Assembly: GCA_017544725.1 (NCBI GenBank)
Contig: JAFYDR010000158.1
Coordinates: forward strand, 615 to 64,614
Reading direction: 5' to 3'
From: Kiritimatiellia bacterium
GTDB taxonomy: Bacteria; Verrucomicrobiota; Kiritimatiellia; RFP12; UBA1067
Length of the DNA stretch: 64,000 nt
Shown in pieces: positions 1 through 9,800 of the stretch. The notes beneath the pieces were generated by a model, which was not told the origin of the DNA, did not search any database, and worked only from the letters and a program-made list of their open reading frames with translations. Every line of letters starts with the position of its first letter. Position 1 is the first letter of the stretch. The translations under genes were made by a program, and so were the position numbers.

Positions 1-698
1 ATACCGTCGATGAGCGTGTGGACGGCTCCCTGCGTCGGGTTCGAGCGACGGAACTGCGCGTGGAAGTAGGCGGCGTCGGCGGGAATGTCCGTGAGCGCGT
101 AGTCGATCTGGTAGTAGAGGCGCATCTCCTGCCCGCCTACGTTCTCCATCGTGACACGCGCTCGACGACGGAACGGCATCAACCAGTAGCAGTTGAACGC
201 ACTGCCGGGATTCACGCAGACGGCCAGCGACGACACCTGCGCGTATTTGTTGTAGGCACTCGCGAAGAAGTCGCCCACGGGACATTCGACCGACGGCTCC
301 TTCTCGTCATCCCAATACATGCGGATGATGGAGTGTCGCCAAAGTTTGGTGGGCGTCATCCAGATGTGCTGTATCGCGCCCTGTCCCTTGATGTCCGCAA
401 GCGTCAACGTCTCGCCGGGCGCAATCTTGACGAACGGGTTGACCTTCCAGCCTTTGCCGAGTTCGCGTGCGCAACCTGACGCGTTGGCGACGTTGCGCTT
501 GTCCTTGTCCGCAACGGGATCGGCGAGCGCACCGGCGTTGCGTGCACCGGTGAAGTTCTCGGGACTAATCGAGCGCGTCCGCGCATCCGAGAGACGACAG
601 AGCGACGTAATATCCGCCGTGAGGCCGTTGAACGATTGCGTCATGCATCCACTTGCCAGCACCGCGCCGGCGATGAGAACGATCATACTCTTTTTCAT
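1..698 (-). CDS. DUF2961 (GH172-like) lipoprotein, 5' part only; gene runs off the left edge
   Basis: Absent from the ORF track because there is no in-window stop. Manual minus-strand translation from ATG 698-696 (AGGAGA 7 nt upstream) gives MKKSMIVLIAGAVLASGCMTQSF (lipobox L-A-S-G-C). It continues ...GQGAIQHIWMTPTKLWRHSIIRMYWDDEKEPSVECPVGDFF... and the first and last ~20 codons were translated explicitly and are stop-free, the rest read by eye, through position 3. Motifs match DUF2961 as I remember it. Confidence 0.7.
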   Translation of the reverse strand, partial: MKKSMIVLIAGAVLASGCMTQSFNGLTADITSLCRLSDARTRSISPENFTGARNAGALADPVADKDKRNVANASGCARELGKGWKVNPFVKIAPGETLTLADIKGQGAIQHIWMTPTKLWRHSIIRMYWDDEKEPSVECPVGDFFASAYNKYAQVSSLAVCVNPGSAFNCYWLMPFRRRARVTMENVGGQEMRLYYQIDYALTDIPADAAYFHAQFRRSNPTQGAVHTLIDG

Positions 699-719
699 TT
701 GAATTCTCCTTTTTGTCTC

Positions 720-2135
720 CTAGCCTGCATTGTCAGCAAATAGGATGTTTTCTAGAAAATCCGCAAGCGGCAACTCGCCGCCGGAAATGACGTAGTTGCG
801 GTACGCGGCAAGTGCGGCGATACCCCATGCGCCGCCTTCGCCCGCCTCAGACGGACAAGTGACGGGCGCACCGAGCGCGTCCGCAAGCACCTTTTGCGCG
901 ACACCCGGCGTCTTGAAGAGACCCCCGTGCGCCGTGAACTGCGTCACGCGCACACCTTGCGCCACCAGGATCTCCATTCCTTTGGCAAGCGTAGCGAATA
1001 CCGCTTCAAGTTGGGCGCGAATAATGTTCGCTCGGGTGAGATGCGCGTCAGGCGTGTGCGCAAGATAGGGATTCGGCGCATCCACGCCGACCAGAGGTTC
1101 GGCAGCTATCCAATTCGTCGCACGTACACCGCCGCACTCCGGATCGCTCTTCTCCAACGCCTCCGTCAGAAGTGACGCGTAGTCTCCGCCAAAGAGCGCG
1201 ATCCACTTGTCCAGCTCACCGCATCCGTTGTTACAGTGAACCATCGCCACATCGTCACCAGAAGGCGTGGAGACGAAATCGACGTGCGGGTTTGTCTTCG
1301 CAATCGGCTTGTCCAGCACGACCATCGCGAACACGCTCGTACCAACAGAGACGTTTCCTGTGCCTGGTCTCACGGCGTTCGTTGCCACCATGCCCGTTCC
1401 CGCATCGCCCTCCGGCGGACAGACCGGAACGCCCGCCTGAAGCGTACCCGACGGATCCAAGAGTCGCGCACCCGCCTCCGTGAGGCATCCCGCATCTTCG
1501 CCCGCCTTGAGAACAGCAGGGAACAGAGCCGTGACGTCAAGCTCGGTCTTCTCCCTGAATACTCCGGCAAGGCGCGTGTCGTAGGTTCCCGTGAATGCGT
1601 CCACAGGGAACATACCTGAGGCATCATCAATACCCAGCACCTTGCGACCGGTCAGCAGGAAGTGGATATAGCCAGCGAGGGTGGTCTGGAACGCGATGCG
1701 TCGCACGTGTTCCTCACCGTCGAGGATGGACTGGTAGAGCTGCGCGACAGACCAGCGATTGGGGATATGGATGCCGAAGAGTTGCGAGAGCGCCGCACCC
1801 GCAGGGGCGGCATTCGTGGAACGCCATGTACGGAAGGGAGCGAGCAGATTCCCTTCCGCATCGAACGCGATGTAGCCGTGCATCATCGCGGAAACACCGA
1901 TGGCGGCGAAACTCGCCGGACGTACCCCGCGCTTTGCCGCATAGTCGTCTGCACAGGCGGCGTAGGCGGCAGTGAGACCAGCACGGGCGTCCGCAAGATC
2001 ATACGTCCACACGTCATCCGCAAGCGGCTTGTTCTCCCATGAGAACGCGCCGGAGGCGATCGTCGCGCCGTCTTCGCCGATGATGACGGCTTTGATGCGC
2101 GTAGAACCCAATTCAATACCGAGGCATTCTTTCAT
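720..2135 (-). CDS. FGGY-family carbohydrate kinase (xylulokinase/ribulokinase-like)
   Basis: 471-aa ORF with N-terminal actin-fold ATPase motif LGIELGSTRIKAV; size and layout are typical of FGGY sugar kinases. The track start at 2153 is a TTG; the ATG at 2135 has AAGGAG 9 nt upstream. It lies between sugar-porter and DUF2961 genes. Confidence 0.8.
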   Translation of the reverse strand: MKECLGIELGSTRIKAVIIGEDGATIASGAFSWENKPLADDVWTYDLADARAGLTAAYAACADDYAAKRGVRPASFAAIGVSAMMHGYIAFDAEGNLLAPFRTWRSTNAAPAGAALSQLFGIHIPNRWSVAQLYQSILDGEEHVRRIAFQTTLAGYIHFLLTGRKVLGIDDASGMFPVDAFTGTYDTRLAGVFREKTELDVTALFPAVLKAGEDAGCLTEAGARLLDPSGTLQAGVPVCPPEGDAGTGMVATNAVRPGTGNVSVGTSVFAMVVLDKPIAKTNPHVDFVSTPSGDDVAMVHCNNGCGELDKWIALFGGDYASLLTEALEKSDPECGGVRATNWIAAEPLVGVDAPNPYLAHTPDAHLTRANIIRAQLEAVFATLAKGMEILVAQGVRVTQFTAHGGLFKTPGVAQKVLADALGAPVTCPSEAGEGGAWGIAALAAYRNYVISGGELPLADFLENILFADNAG

Positions 2136-2149
2136 TGTTACATACTCCT

Positions 2150-3574
2150 TCAATCGATCCCCAAACGCTTTTCGATGTCTTCGATCGTGCCGCCTTTTGT
2201 TTCAGGCATCCAGAAGAGACCCCAGGCAAGTTGCGCCAACATCATGGCGGCGAAGAAGACGAACGCCCAGAAGCCCGCCTTGTCGGCGACGATCGGGAAC
2301 GTCCACGACACGATCATGCACCAGAACCAGTGCGTGAAGCTGCCCAGCGCCTGCCCCTTCGCGCGGACCGAGTTGGGGAACACCTCGCTGATGTAAACCC
2401 AGATGACCGCGCCGGACGAGATCGCGAACGCGGCGGTGAAACCGAGGATGCCGACGACCGCGAGCGCCGGATGGCACGCGCCCGACTTCGCGAGATACAG
2501 TTCCCAGCCGGTGAGCGCGAGCATCGCCGTCATCACCGCCGAACCCCACACGATGAGAACGCGCCGCCCGAAACGGTCGATAATCGCGAACGCCGCGAGG
2601 CAGAATACGACGTGCATCAGCCCCACGCCCATCGTGCCCATCAGCGAGACCATCTGGCTGCCCTCGCCGAAGACAAGCCCGAAGATGCGCGGCGCGTAGT
2701 AGTTGATCGCGTTCACGCCGGAGACCTGGCTGAAAAACGCGACGAGAAACGCGAGGAGGATCGGTTTGCGGAACTTCCACTGGAAGAGGCGCTCGACCTT
2801 GCCGGAGATCGTCCCGGCGAGCGATTCCTGGATCTCGCGGAGCGTCCGCTCCACCTCCGGGAAGCCGATTTTCTCGAGGACGCCCCGCGCCTCTTCGCTG
2901 CGGCCGACGCGGACGAGCCAGCGAGGGGACTCCGGGATGAAGCAGAGGAGGACGACGAACACGATGATCGGCAGGATCTCCGCGCCGAGCATGACGCGCC
3001 ACTCGACCATCTCGACCGTCATGGAGCCGGTCGCGAAGGTCTCCGCGAGCTTCGTGCAGAAAGAGCGGAACGCCCCGCCCTCGGCGAGCATCCACCGCGC
3101 CACGAGGAAGTTCGAGATGTACGACACGAAGATGCCCGACTCGATGTTCAGCTGGTTCATCGCGACAAGCCGCCCGCGCACTGAGGACGGCGACATCTCG
3201 ACGATGTAGAGCGGCACGACGACGGAGACGCCGCCGATGGCGAGCCCGCCGATAAAGCGCATCCACCCGAGCATGTGCGGTCCCGCCGCGCCCTGTACCG
3301 TGAACGCGCACCCCACGGCGGAGACGCCGAAGAGCGCCGCCATCAGTTTCAGCGTCGGCCGGCGCCCGAACCTGTCCGCGGGAACCATCGCGCAGAACAC
3401 GCCGATGAGCGTACCGATGAGCGCCCCCGCCACGACCAGTCCGTGCCAGAAGCCGGATAGTCGGAATTCGTTCTGGATGGCCTGCTCGCACCCGGAGATG
3501 ACTCCGGAGTCGAACCCGAAAAGGAAGCCGCCCAACGCGGCCGCCGCTGCACAGTAGAGAAGGTATTTTTTCAT
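2150..3574 (-). CDS. MFS sugar porter (sugar:H+ symporter family)
   Basis: 474 aa, multi-TM. Sugar-porter signatures GFLFGFDSGVISG, FGRRPTL, PESPRWL and PETKG. ATGA start/stop overlap with the upstream regulator gene (3571-3574). Confidence 0.9.
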   Translation of the reverse strand: MKKYLLYCAAAAALGGFLFGFDSGVISGCEQAIQNEFRLSGFWHGLVVAGALIGTLIGVFCAMVPADRFGRRPTLKLMAALFGVSAVGCAFTVQGAAGPHMLGWMRFIGGLAIGGVSVVVPLYIVEMSPSSVRGRLVAMNQLNIESGIFVSYISNFLVARWMLAEGGAFRSFCTKLAETFATGSMTVEMVEWRVMLGAEILPIIVFVVLLCFIPESPRWLVRVGRSEEARGVLEKIGFPEVERTLREIQESLAGTISGKVERLFQWKFRKPILLAFLVAFFSQVSGVNAINYYAPRIFGLVFGEGSQMVSLMGTMGVGLMHVVFCLAAFAIIDRFGRRVLIVWGSAVMTAMLALTGWELYLAKSGACHPALAVVGILGFTAAFAISSGAVIWVYISEVFPNSVRAKGQALGSFTHWFWCMIVSWTFPIVADKAGFWAFVFFAAMMLAQLAWGLFWMPETKGGTIEDIEKRLGID

Positions 3575-4674
3575 ACTTGTCCTTTCGTTGATTTACGGAC
3601 CACCAACGTGGCCTCAAGGTTGATCTCGCGAGGAGGGAGCGCAGGATCGTAGATACGCTCCAACAGGGTACGTACCGCCACGGCGGCAATGGCCTCGCAG
3701 GGTTGCCGTATTGTCGTGAGCGGCGGCGAAAGCAGCTGTGCGCAGGAAACATCATCGAACCCGGCAAGCATCGTGTCTTGCGGCACCCGCTTTCCGATGT
3801 CGGTCAGCGTCTGAAGCAGACGCGCCGCCGTGCGGTCGTTGCCGCAGATGAAAGCATCCGGGGCCACACCCTTCCGAAAAAGACGGCGCACGGCATCGAC
3901 ATCGTCCGGAAAAGCGATGCAGACATTCGTGTCGCGCCACGGGATGCCCGCACCTCGCACCGCCATCGCAACGCCCTCGCAGCGCTGGAAGATCGTCGGT
4001 GCGGAGTGAGGCGGCATGAAGAAGCAGATGTGACGGGCACCTTGGGCGATGACGTGCGCCGCCAATGTGCGCCCTGCGCGGATGTTGTTGATACCCACCA
4101 GATCATACTGACTGCGCCCTTTGGCGGAAACGACATCGCGATCGAGCAACACGACCGGAATGTGATTTCCGTTGAGGATAGAAAGTATCTCGAGACTCAA
4201 CTCGGTGCTGTCCGGCAACAGTTCGATCGGTTCAAAGAAAACACCCGCCACGTGTCGGCTCGCGTAGTCCGCCGCAAGAGCCTGCGCCTGACGGACACGT
4301 TCGAGAGGATTGGACGAAGAGACATCGCCGAACAAGGTGGTATAGCCTGCTTCACGGCTGACACGCGCGATCTCCGCGCAGATAGGCGTGAAGATTTCCA
4401 CGTTGCGATGTCCGGGAACGATCAGCCCCAAACATCCCGTCGAGTTGCGGGCCATCGGACTTAGGTACGTGCCAGAACCCCGACGCCGCTCCACGAGGCC
4501 GTACTTCTGCAACTCCAGCATCACGCGGATCATCGTCGAGCGCGATGCATTGAATCGGCGCACCAACTGGTTCTCGCTGGGCAGTCGCAAGACATGGTCG
4601 TATTTTCCGGCGAGGATCTCACTCCTCAACATTCGGAAGATGTCCCTGTACTTGATGTTCGTATCGTCTGCCAT
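3571..4674 (-). CDS. Transcriptional regulator, GntR-type wHTH fused to a LacI/PBP1-type sugar-binding domain (AraR-like architecture)
   Basis: N-terminus IFRMLRSEILAGKY...LPSENQLVRRFNASRSTMIRVMLELQKYGLVERRRGSGTYL is a GntR wHTH. The remainder (LGLIVPG..., VVLLDRD, GFDD) looks like a periplasmic-binding-protein-type effector domain. It is first in the sugar operon. Confidence 0.85.
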   Translation of the reverse strand: MADDTNIKYRDIFRMLRSEILAGKYDHVLRLPSENQLVRRFNASRSTMIRVMLELQKYGLVERRRGSGTYLSPMARNSTGCLGLIVPGHRNVEIFTPICAEIARVSREAGYTTLFGDVSSSNPLERVRQAQALAADYASRHVAGVFFEPIELLPDSTELSLEILSILNGNHIPVVLLDRDVVSAKGRSQYDLVGINNIRAGRTLAAHVIAQGARHICFFMPPHSAPTIFQRCEGVAMAVRGAGIPWRDTNVCIAFPDDVDAVRRLFRKGVAPDAFICGNDRTAARLLQTLTDIGKRVPQDTMLAGFDDVSCAQLLSPPLTTIRQPCEAIAAVAVRTLLERIYDPALPPREINLEATLVVRKSTKGQV

Positions 4675-4693
4675 GCGAATCCCCGTACCCGAA

Positions 4694-6844
4694 TCACTTG
4701 CGCGGAGCGATGTCGAAGTGAAAGCAGTCGGCGTTGATGTGCCCGAAATGCCCGGTGCGGTTATCGACGATCACGATCGTCGCCTTCTTCCCCTTGAACT
4801 CGCCGACATCCCAATGCGTCCATTCCAGCCTCTCGGCGTTCTTGCCGGTCGCCGTGCGAACCGTCTTCCCGTCGATGACGAGGTTCACGCAAGTCTCGTC
4901 CTTGTAGTTGCCGCCTCCCACGAGGAAATTGATGAATGGCTTCTCGATCGTGAACGCGGGCGAGGTGAGCGTCCCCTTCGTCTCGTCTTTTCCGTAGTAG
5001 CTGTTGACGAGGTAGCGGCCGCTGTAGCCGTTCACGGGATTCTGGAAAGGCAGGATGCCGCGCGCGGGCCCGGGACCGAACGCCTCCCCTTCCGCCTTCC
5101 ACGCTTCGTACGTGCCGTTCTCGAAGTCCGCGAAGAGGACGGCGGTCTTCGGCAGGGCGACCTGCACAGGCGGCATATCGACCCGCACGGGGCGCCGGAC
5201 GGCGGCGGGATCCGCGCCGCGGTTCGCCTTCCCGCCCGGACGCATGTACCAGCAGGCGAGCGGCGCGAAATCGAGCTTGATGTCCTCCAGCCAGTGCCAC
5301 ATCTCCATGTGGAAGCGGATCGACTTCGTGAATGGGATCGCGTCGAGCGCGCGGTTGCGCACGTTCACCGCGTTGCGGCGCGCGAAGTCCTCGCGCAGCG
5401 GGCGCCCCTGCCCGATGCCGATCGGCTGCGCGATGAACGGATGGTCGAAGGGTTGCGGGCGGCACCAGGCGTACCCGTAGTAGTCCTCCGTGCCGGTCCC
5501 GATGTAGGAGGGCGTATTCTCCCCGTCGATGAAGACCTTTTCGTCGCCCTCGCCCCACCAGCGGGTGGCGGGCTGCCACAAGGCGAGCGTCGTACCCACG
5601 AACAGTCCCTCGCCCTCCAGCTCCGCGTAGTCGTAGTCGTACTGCGTCTTTTCCGCGCCCCTGCGCGACGGGGCGTCGGCGTACTCGTGCCAGCACGCGC
5701 CGAAGTGCATGCTGCGCGCGGGGTCCCACCTGTAGCCGCCAATCTCGAGCGCAGTCAGGCTGAGAGCCACGGGCTTCGCGGCGTAGTTGCGCACCGTCAC
5801 CGTGCACGTCTTCTCGAAGGGCATCGTCCAGCGGCTCTCCATGCGGCCCGCCCCCGTGCAGGAGGTGAACCAGCTCGAATACGGCTCGTAGGTGTAGCCG
5901 CACCCGAAGAACTCGCCCGCCGGAACCCACACCGTGCGCTCGCCGTCGAACGAGATCTCCAGCACGGTCGAGCGCAGGGCATTGGGGTCCTTGCCGCTCG
6001 CCACCGCCATCGCCAGGCGGCGGATCGCGCCGCCGCCCTCGCGCGTGACCGTCCGGACCACGGACTGCCCGGGGGGGATCTCGCCGTCGAAGGTCAGGAT
6101 CTCGCCCGGCGCCTTGTCCGCGCCGTTCAGGCGGCGGTCCAGCTTCCGGTTGGCGGCGTCAACCGCCGCCTTCTCGCGCCGCAACACCTCCAGCGAGAAG
6201 GACTCCACCTCCGTCCCCGCCGCGTACGCCCGCGTCTCCACGTTGTAGTAGAACGCCTCCCGCGCGGGCGGCTTGCCGCCCCCGCGCGGCTGCTTGGAAT
6301 AGAGCGTGGCGCTTTCATACGTCACCTTGCAGCTCTCCGCGTAGGGGATGGGGAGGTAGAGGTCGTGCCCGCGGTTCAGGTAGGGCGACTCTCGCGAGAC
6401 GGAGTCGGAGAGCGGCGCCCCGCACAGCGCGCCGCCGCTCAGGATTTTGAGGACCTCGCCCTCCACGGCGAGCTTCCCGTCGATGTAGATGCGCAGGATC
6501 CCCTTCCCGTCCGTCCGGGCGACCGTCACCCAGAAGCGCGTGATCACGCCGGGTCCTTTCGCGTCGAGCATCACCTGCTCGCGCCGTTCCCCCACCGTTT
6601 CCTCGCGGAGGAATTTGGAGGAGTCGCTGTTCGCGAACCATCCCTCCGTCCCCGGCTCCGTCGTCTTGCGGTCGTAGCTCGACCAAAGGCGCGCCGTATA
6701 GCGGGGCGAGGGAAGGTAGGTGTTGGCGTCGGGGTCGGTCATCTCCTCCAGCAGGGATTTCAGCGTCACCTTGCCGGACGCCGGCGCGGCGAGCGCCAGG
6801 AACGCCGCCGCCAGCGCGAGGGTTGAAACGAAAGTCGTCTTCAT
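4694..6844 (-). CDS. Secreted DUF2961 (GH172-like) protein with C-terminal lectin-like beta-sandwich
   Basis: Signal peptide MKTTFVSTLALAAAFLALAAPASG. DUF2961-type motifs SSYDRKT, GPGVITRFWVT, ILRIYIDG, GTGTEDYYGYAW. The C-terminal ~150 aa (FENGTYEAWKAEGEAFGPGP...VNSYYGKDETKGTLTSPAF...FLVGGG...GHINADCFHF) resembles the accessory beta-sandwich seen on fructan/GH32-type hydrolases. Confidence 0.75.
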   Translation of the reverse strand: MKTTFVSTLALAAAFLALAAPASGKVTLKSLLEEMTDPDANTYLPSPRYTARLWSSYDRKTTEPGTEGWFANSDSSKFLREETVGERREQVMLDAKGPGVITRFWVTVARTDGKGILRIYIDGKLAVEGEVLKILSGGALCGAPLSDSVSRESPYLNRGHDLYLPIPYAESCKVTYESATLYSKQPRGGGKPPAREAFYYNVETRAYAAGTEVESFSLEVLRREKAAVDAANRKLDRRLNGADKAPGEILTFDGEIPPGQSVVRTVTREGGGAIRRLAMAVASGKDPNALRSTVLEISFDGERTVWVPAGEFFGCGYTYEPYSSWFTSCTGAGRMESRWTMPFEKTCTVTVRNYAAKPVALSLTALEIGGYRWDPARSMHFGACWHEYADAPSRRGAEKTQYDYDYAELEGEGLFVGTTLALWQPATRWWGEGDEKVFIDGENTPSYIGTGTEDYYGYAWCRPQPFDHPFIAQPIGIGQGRPLREDFARRNAVNVRNRALDAIPFTKSIRFHMEMWHWLEDIKLDFAPLACWYMRPGGKANRGADPAAVRRPVRVDMPPVQVALPKTAVLFADFENGTYEAWKAEGEAFGPGPARGILPFQNPVNGYSGRYLVNSYYGKDETKGTLTSPAFTIEKPFINFLVGGGNYKDETCVNLVIDGKTVRTATGKNAERLEWTHWDVGEFKGKKATIVIVDNRTGHFGHINADCFHFDIAPRK

Positions 6845-6877
6845 GTCTTTTCTTCCTTTGTTGGGTTTGCAGATTCG

Positions 6878-9800
6878 TTACTTGATCATGATGACCATGC
6901 CGGGGGGGAACGCCTTCGCGCGGAAGTCCGCCCCATCGATCCAGAATGTCGAGAGCGCCCCGTTCGGAAGCGGGCTGACGTTCCATCCCGCCAGACGCTC
7001 CGCCGTCCCGGCGGCGTACCCGCCGGCCGCCGTGAAGGGCGTCCACACAGTCGGAAGCGCGGAGATCGCGCTTTCGGGCCGGAGCGTTCCGGTCCCCTCC
7101 ACGGAGATCCGCCCAGTCACCGCCATCGTGCGCCCTCTCTCGGCCCGCACGACCGCGCCGTCCTGGAGCGTCAGGTCGCCCGTGAACGCGCCGCCCGCGC
7201 CGAGCGTGCCGCCGAACGACAGTTCGCTGCCGAGCGGGGCCAGCGTGCCGTTCGCCGCCACGTTCACCGTCACGTTCGTGTCCGCGCCCGCGCCGGTTCC
7301 GAACCCGTACCGGACGTACGAGAGGACCTCGTTCGTGGAGAGCGCCCGGTTCCAGATCGTCACCTCGTCCATCCACCCCTTGAAGAAGGGGTTGTTGAAG
7401 GCACCGGAGATGTAGAACCTCTTCCTGCGGATGTCCGGTCTCGTTTCCAGCGTGCGGGGCGAGTTGTTCGGGTTCTTCAGCGCGGGCGCCGTCTCCTCTC
7501 CGTCGATCCAGTAGCGCATGACCGTGCCGTCCCAGGTCTGCACCACGCTGTGCCAGCCCGTGCGGAACTTCTTCGTCCGGGTGGCGTCCTCGGGCAGCAG
7601 ATATTCGTAAGTCCCGACGTTCGGGTAGTTCCACAGGCGGGATTGCCAATCATAAAAGGCGTACCCGTTCATGGTCATCGGCACGTTTCTCGGGTCATCG
7701 CCGTAGTAGATCAGCCCCATGTTGGTGTAGTCGGGGGCCGATCCGGTGTTGGATGGATACTTGTCCGCGCGGCGGAAGAAGAATCCGAGCGTGAACGGCG
7801 CGTCGCCTAGCGGGATCATCTCCGGCTGCGTCAGCCCGTCGTCGTTGTAGCCCGCGAGCACGAGGTTGTTCGTGCCGTCGAAATACGCGGCGCCGCCGCC
7901 GTGCGCCCATTCGCCCTCGCCGGTGGCGCACTCCACCTTCGTGCCGCCCGTCGGGAACTTGGTGTTCTTCGTACCTTCCGTCAGCGTATAGCCGTAGGGA
8001 CCGGCATCCTGGTAGAGCGTCTCCGGCGTATCGAAATGGTAGCAGAGGACGATCCCGTTCGTGAGGCCGGCGGTGAACGCGGCGTCCGCCAGTGCCACCG
8101 TTCCCTCCGCCACCTCCAGCGTCGCGGGCTGCGGCTCGACCGGCCCGTCCGTATTCACGCCGTTCTCCATGTACTCGGCGATCTCTTCGGGCGAGAGCGC
8201 GCGATTCCACATCGCCACCTCGTCCAGCCATCCGGAAAGGTACATGTTGTTGTATCCGGTGCCGATCCAGAATCGCGTCGGGGAGAGGTTCGGCATCGTC
8301 CCTTTCGTGCGCGTGGAGTTTGCTGTTCGATGCGTCAACGGAGCCTCCACCCCGTCGATGTAGATGCGGTAGAGGCTGCCGTCCCAGACCTGCACCGCGC
8401 AGTGCCACCCGCCGGCGAAAGTCGAGGTGCCGTCCGTCGGCGACGCCAGCTCTTCGTTCATGTTGCCCCAGAAGTAGCTGAAAAGATGCGCGGAACGGTC
8501 CCACACGACCAGTCCCAGGCCGTTCCCGTTGCTCGCGTTTCCGAGGAAGCTCAGGCCGCGATTGTCATTCTGTTTCCCGTCGCGGATCTTGAACCACTGC
8601 GCAAGGGTGAACGGATCGCCGTTGCGCGGCGCCCTCTCCGGATAGCCGCCGGGATAGGAGAGGAACACGTGTTCGGAGAAGGACGCCGAACCGGTACCGT
8701 ACCGTCCCTCGTTCGCGTCGAAGACGACCGGCCCATTGGAGGCGTCCGCCTTGAACGCCCCGTTCGTCCAGCAGTTCTCCAGCGTGTAGCCGTACGGGCC
8801 GGAGTCCTGTAGCAGCGTCTCCGCCGAATCGAAGTGGTAGCAGCAGACCAGCCCGTCGGCGAGCGAGGCGCGTCCTGCCGCCAGTCCGCCCTCCAGCGAC
8901 GCACCGCCCGCGCCCGTCTTGACCGTCACGCCGCCCGCGAGCGTCGCGCCCACGCTGCCCGCCGCGAGGTGGTTCGTCGTCCCGGCGAGCGTGCCGTTCC
9001 GCACGGTCCCGCCCGCGAGCGTCAGTTCCGTGCAGCGGTAGGAGTTGCCGCCCAAGTCGAGCGTCGCGCCCGCGCGCACCACCACCTGGCTAGCGATGGT
9101 CGTCTGCGGCCCGGTCAGCTTCAGCGTCCCCGCCGCCACGTCGAGCGTGCCGGAGATCTCGAATGCGCGTTGGAGAACGAGCAGTTCGGTGCCTTCCTTC
9201 ACGAAGTCGAACGGGCCCGCCATGCTCACGTTGGATCCCGCGTTATCCTTGGTCTGCGCGATCCGCAGACTCCCCTTGGCGTTCTCGTTCGAATTGCGGA
9301 TCAGCTGCCCCGCGTCATACGTCTGCTGGTCGTTGTTCAGGAAACTCTGCGACGTGCCGCTCAGGTCGAAAAAGCCGCGTCTGGCCGTCCGCCCGTTCCG
9401 TCCGGTGAGGTAGGCGGCGGTAAACACCTCGTCCGTGCCGCATACGATGGTCCCGCCCTGCGTCGGCATCGGACAGGTGATGTTCTGGTTGGGAACCATG
9501 AACTTCACCCCCGTGTTGTTGCCGTCCGGCCAAAGCGTGTGGAGATTCCGGAAACGCCCCGTGACGAAGATGCGGGGTGCGTAGTGGTCGCTTACGTCCT
9601 GCAAGACGAAGTAGAGGCCGCCGATGCAGGTGATATCCCCGCCGAGCGTCAGCGAGCTGGTGGCGTTCGCCACGCGCAGGAAGCTGTTCCAGACGTACAT
9701 CGGCCCGTTCAGCGCGACGGTCCCGTACGAGACGATGCGAGGCCCGTTGTTGAGCGGTGTCTCGGTCCCCAGCCGGATCTCGTTCGCCGCCGTCACCGTG

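Noticed and set aside
2135-3767. ORFs 2135..3184(+) and 2202..3767(-) over the MFS transporter
   Set aside because: The frame at 2150..3574 carries textbook sugar-porter motifs (PESPRWL, PETKG). The alternatives are Arg/Asp/His-rich junk.
4388-6826. 812-aa plus-strand ORF
   Set aside because: It is fully antisense to the DUF2961 gene at 4694..6844. The translation is Arg/Pro/Gly/Ala-rich low complexity with no motifs. This is a typical shadow ORF of high-GC DNA, while the minus-strand product has a signal peptide and family motifs.
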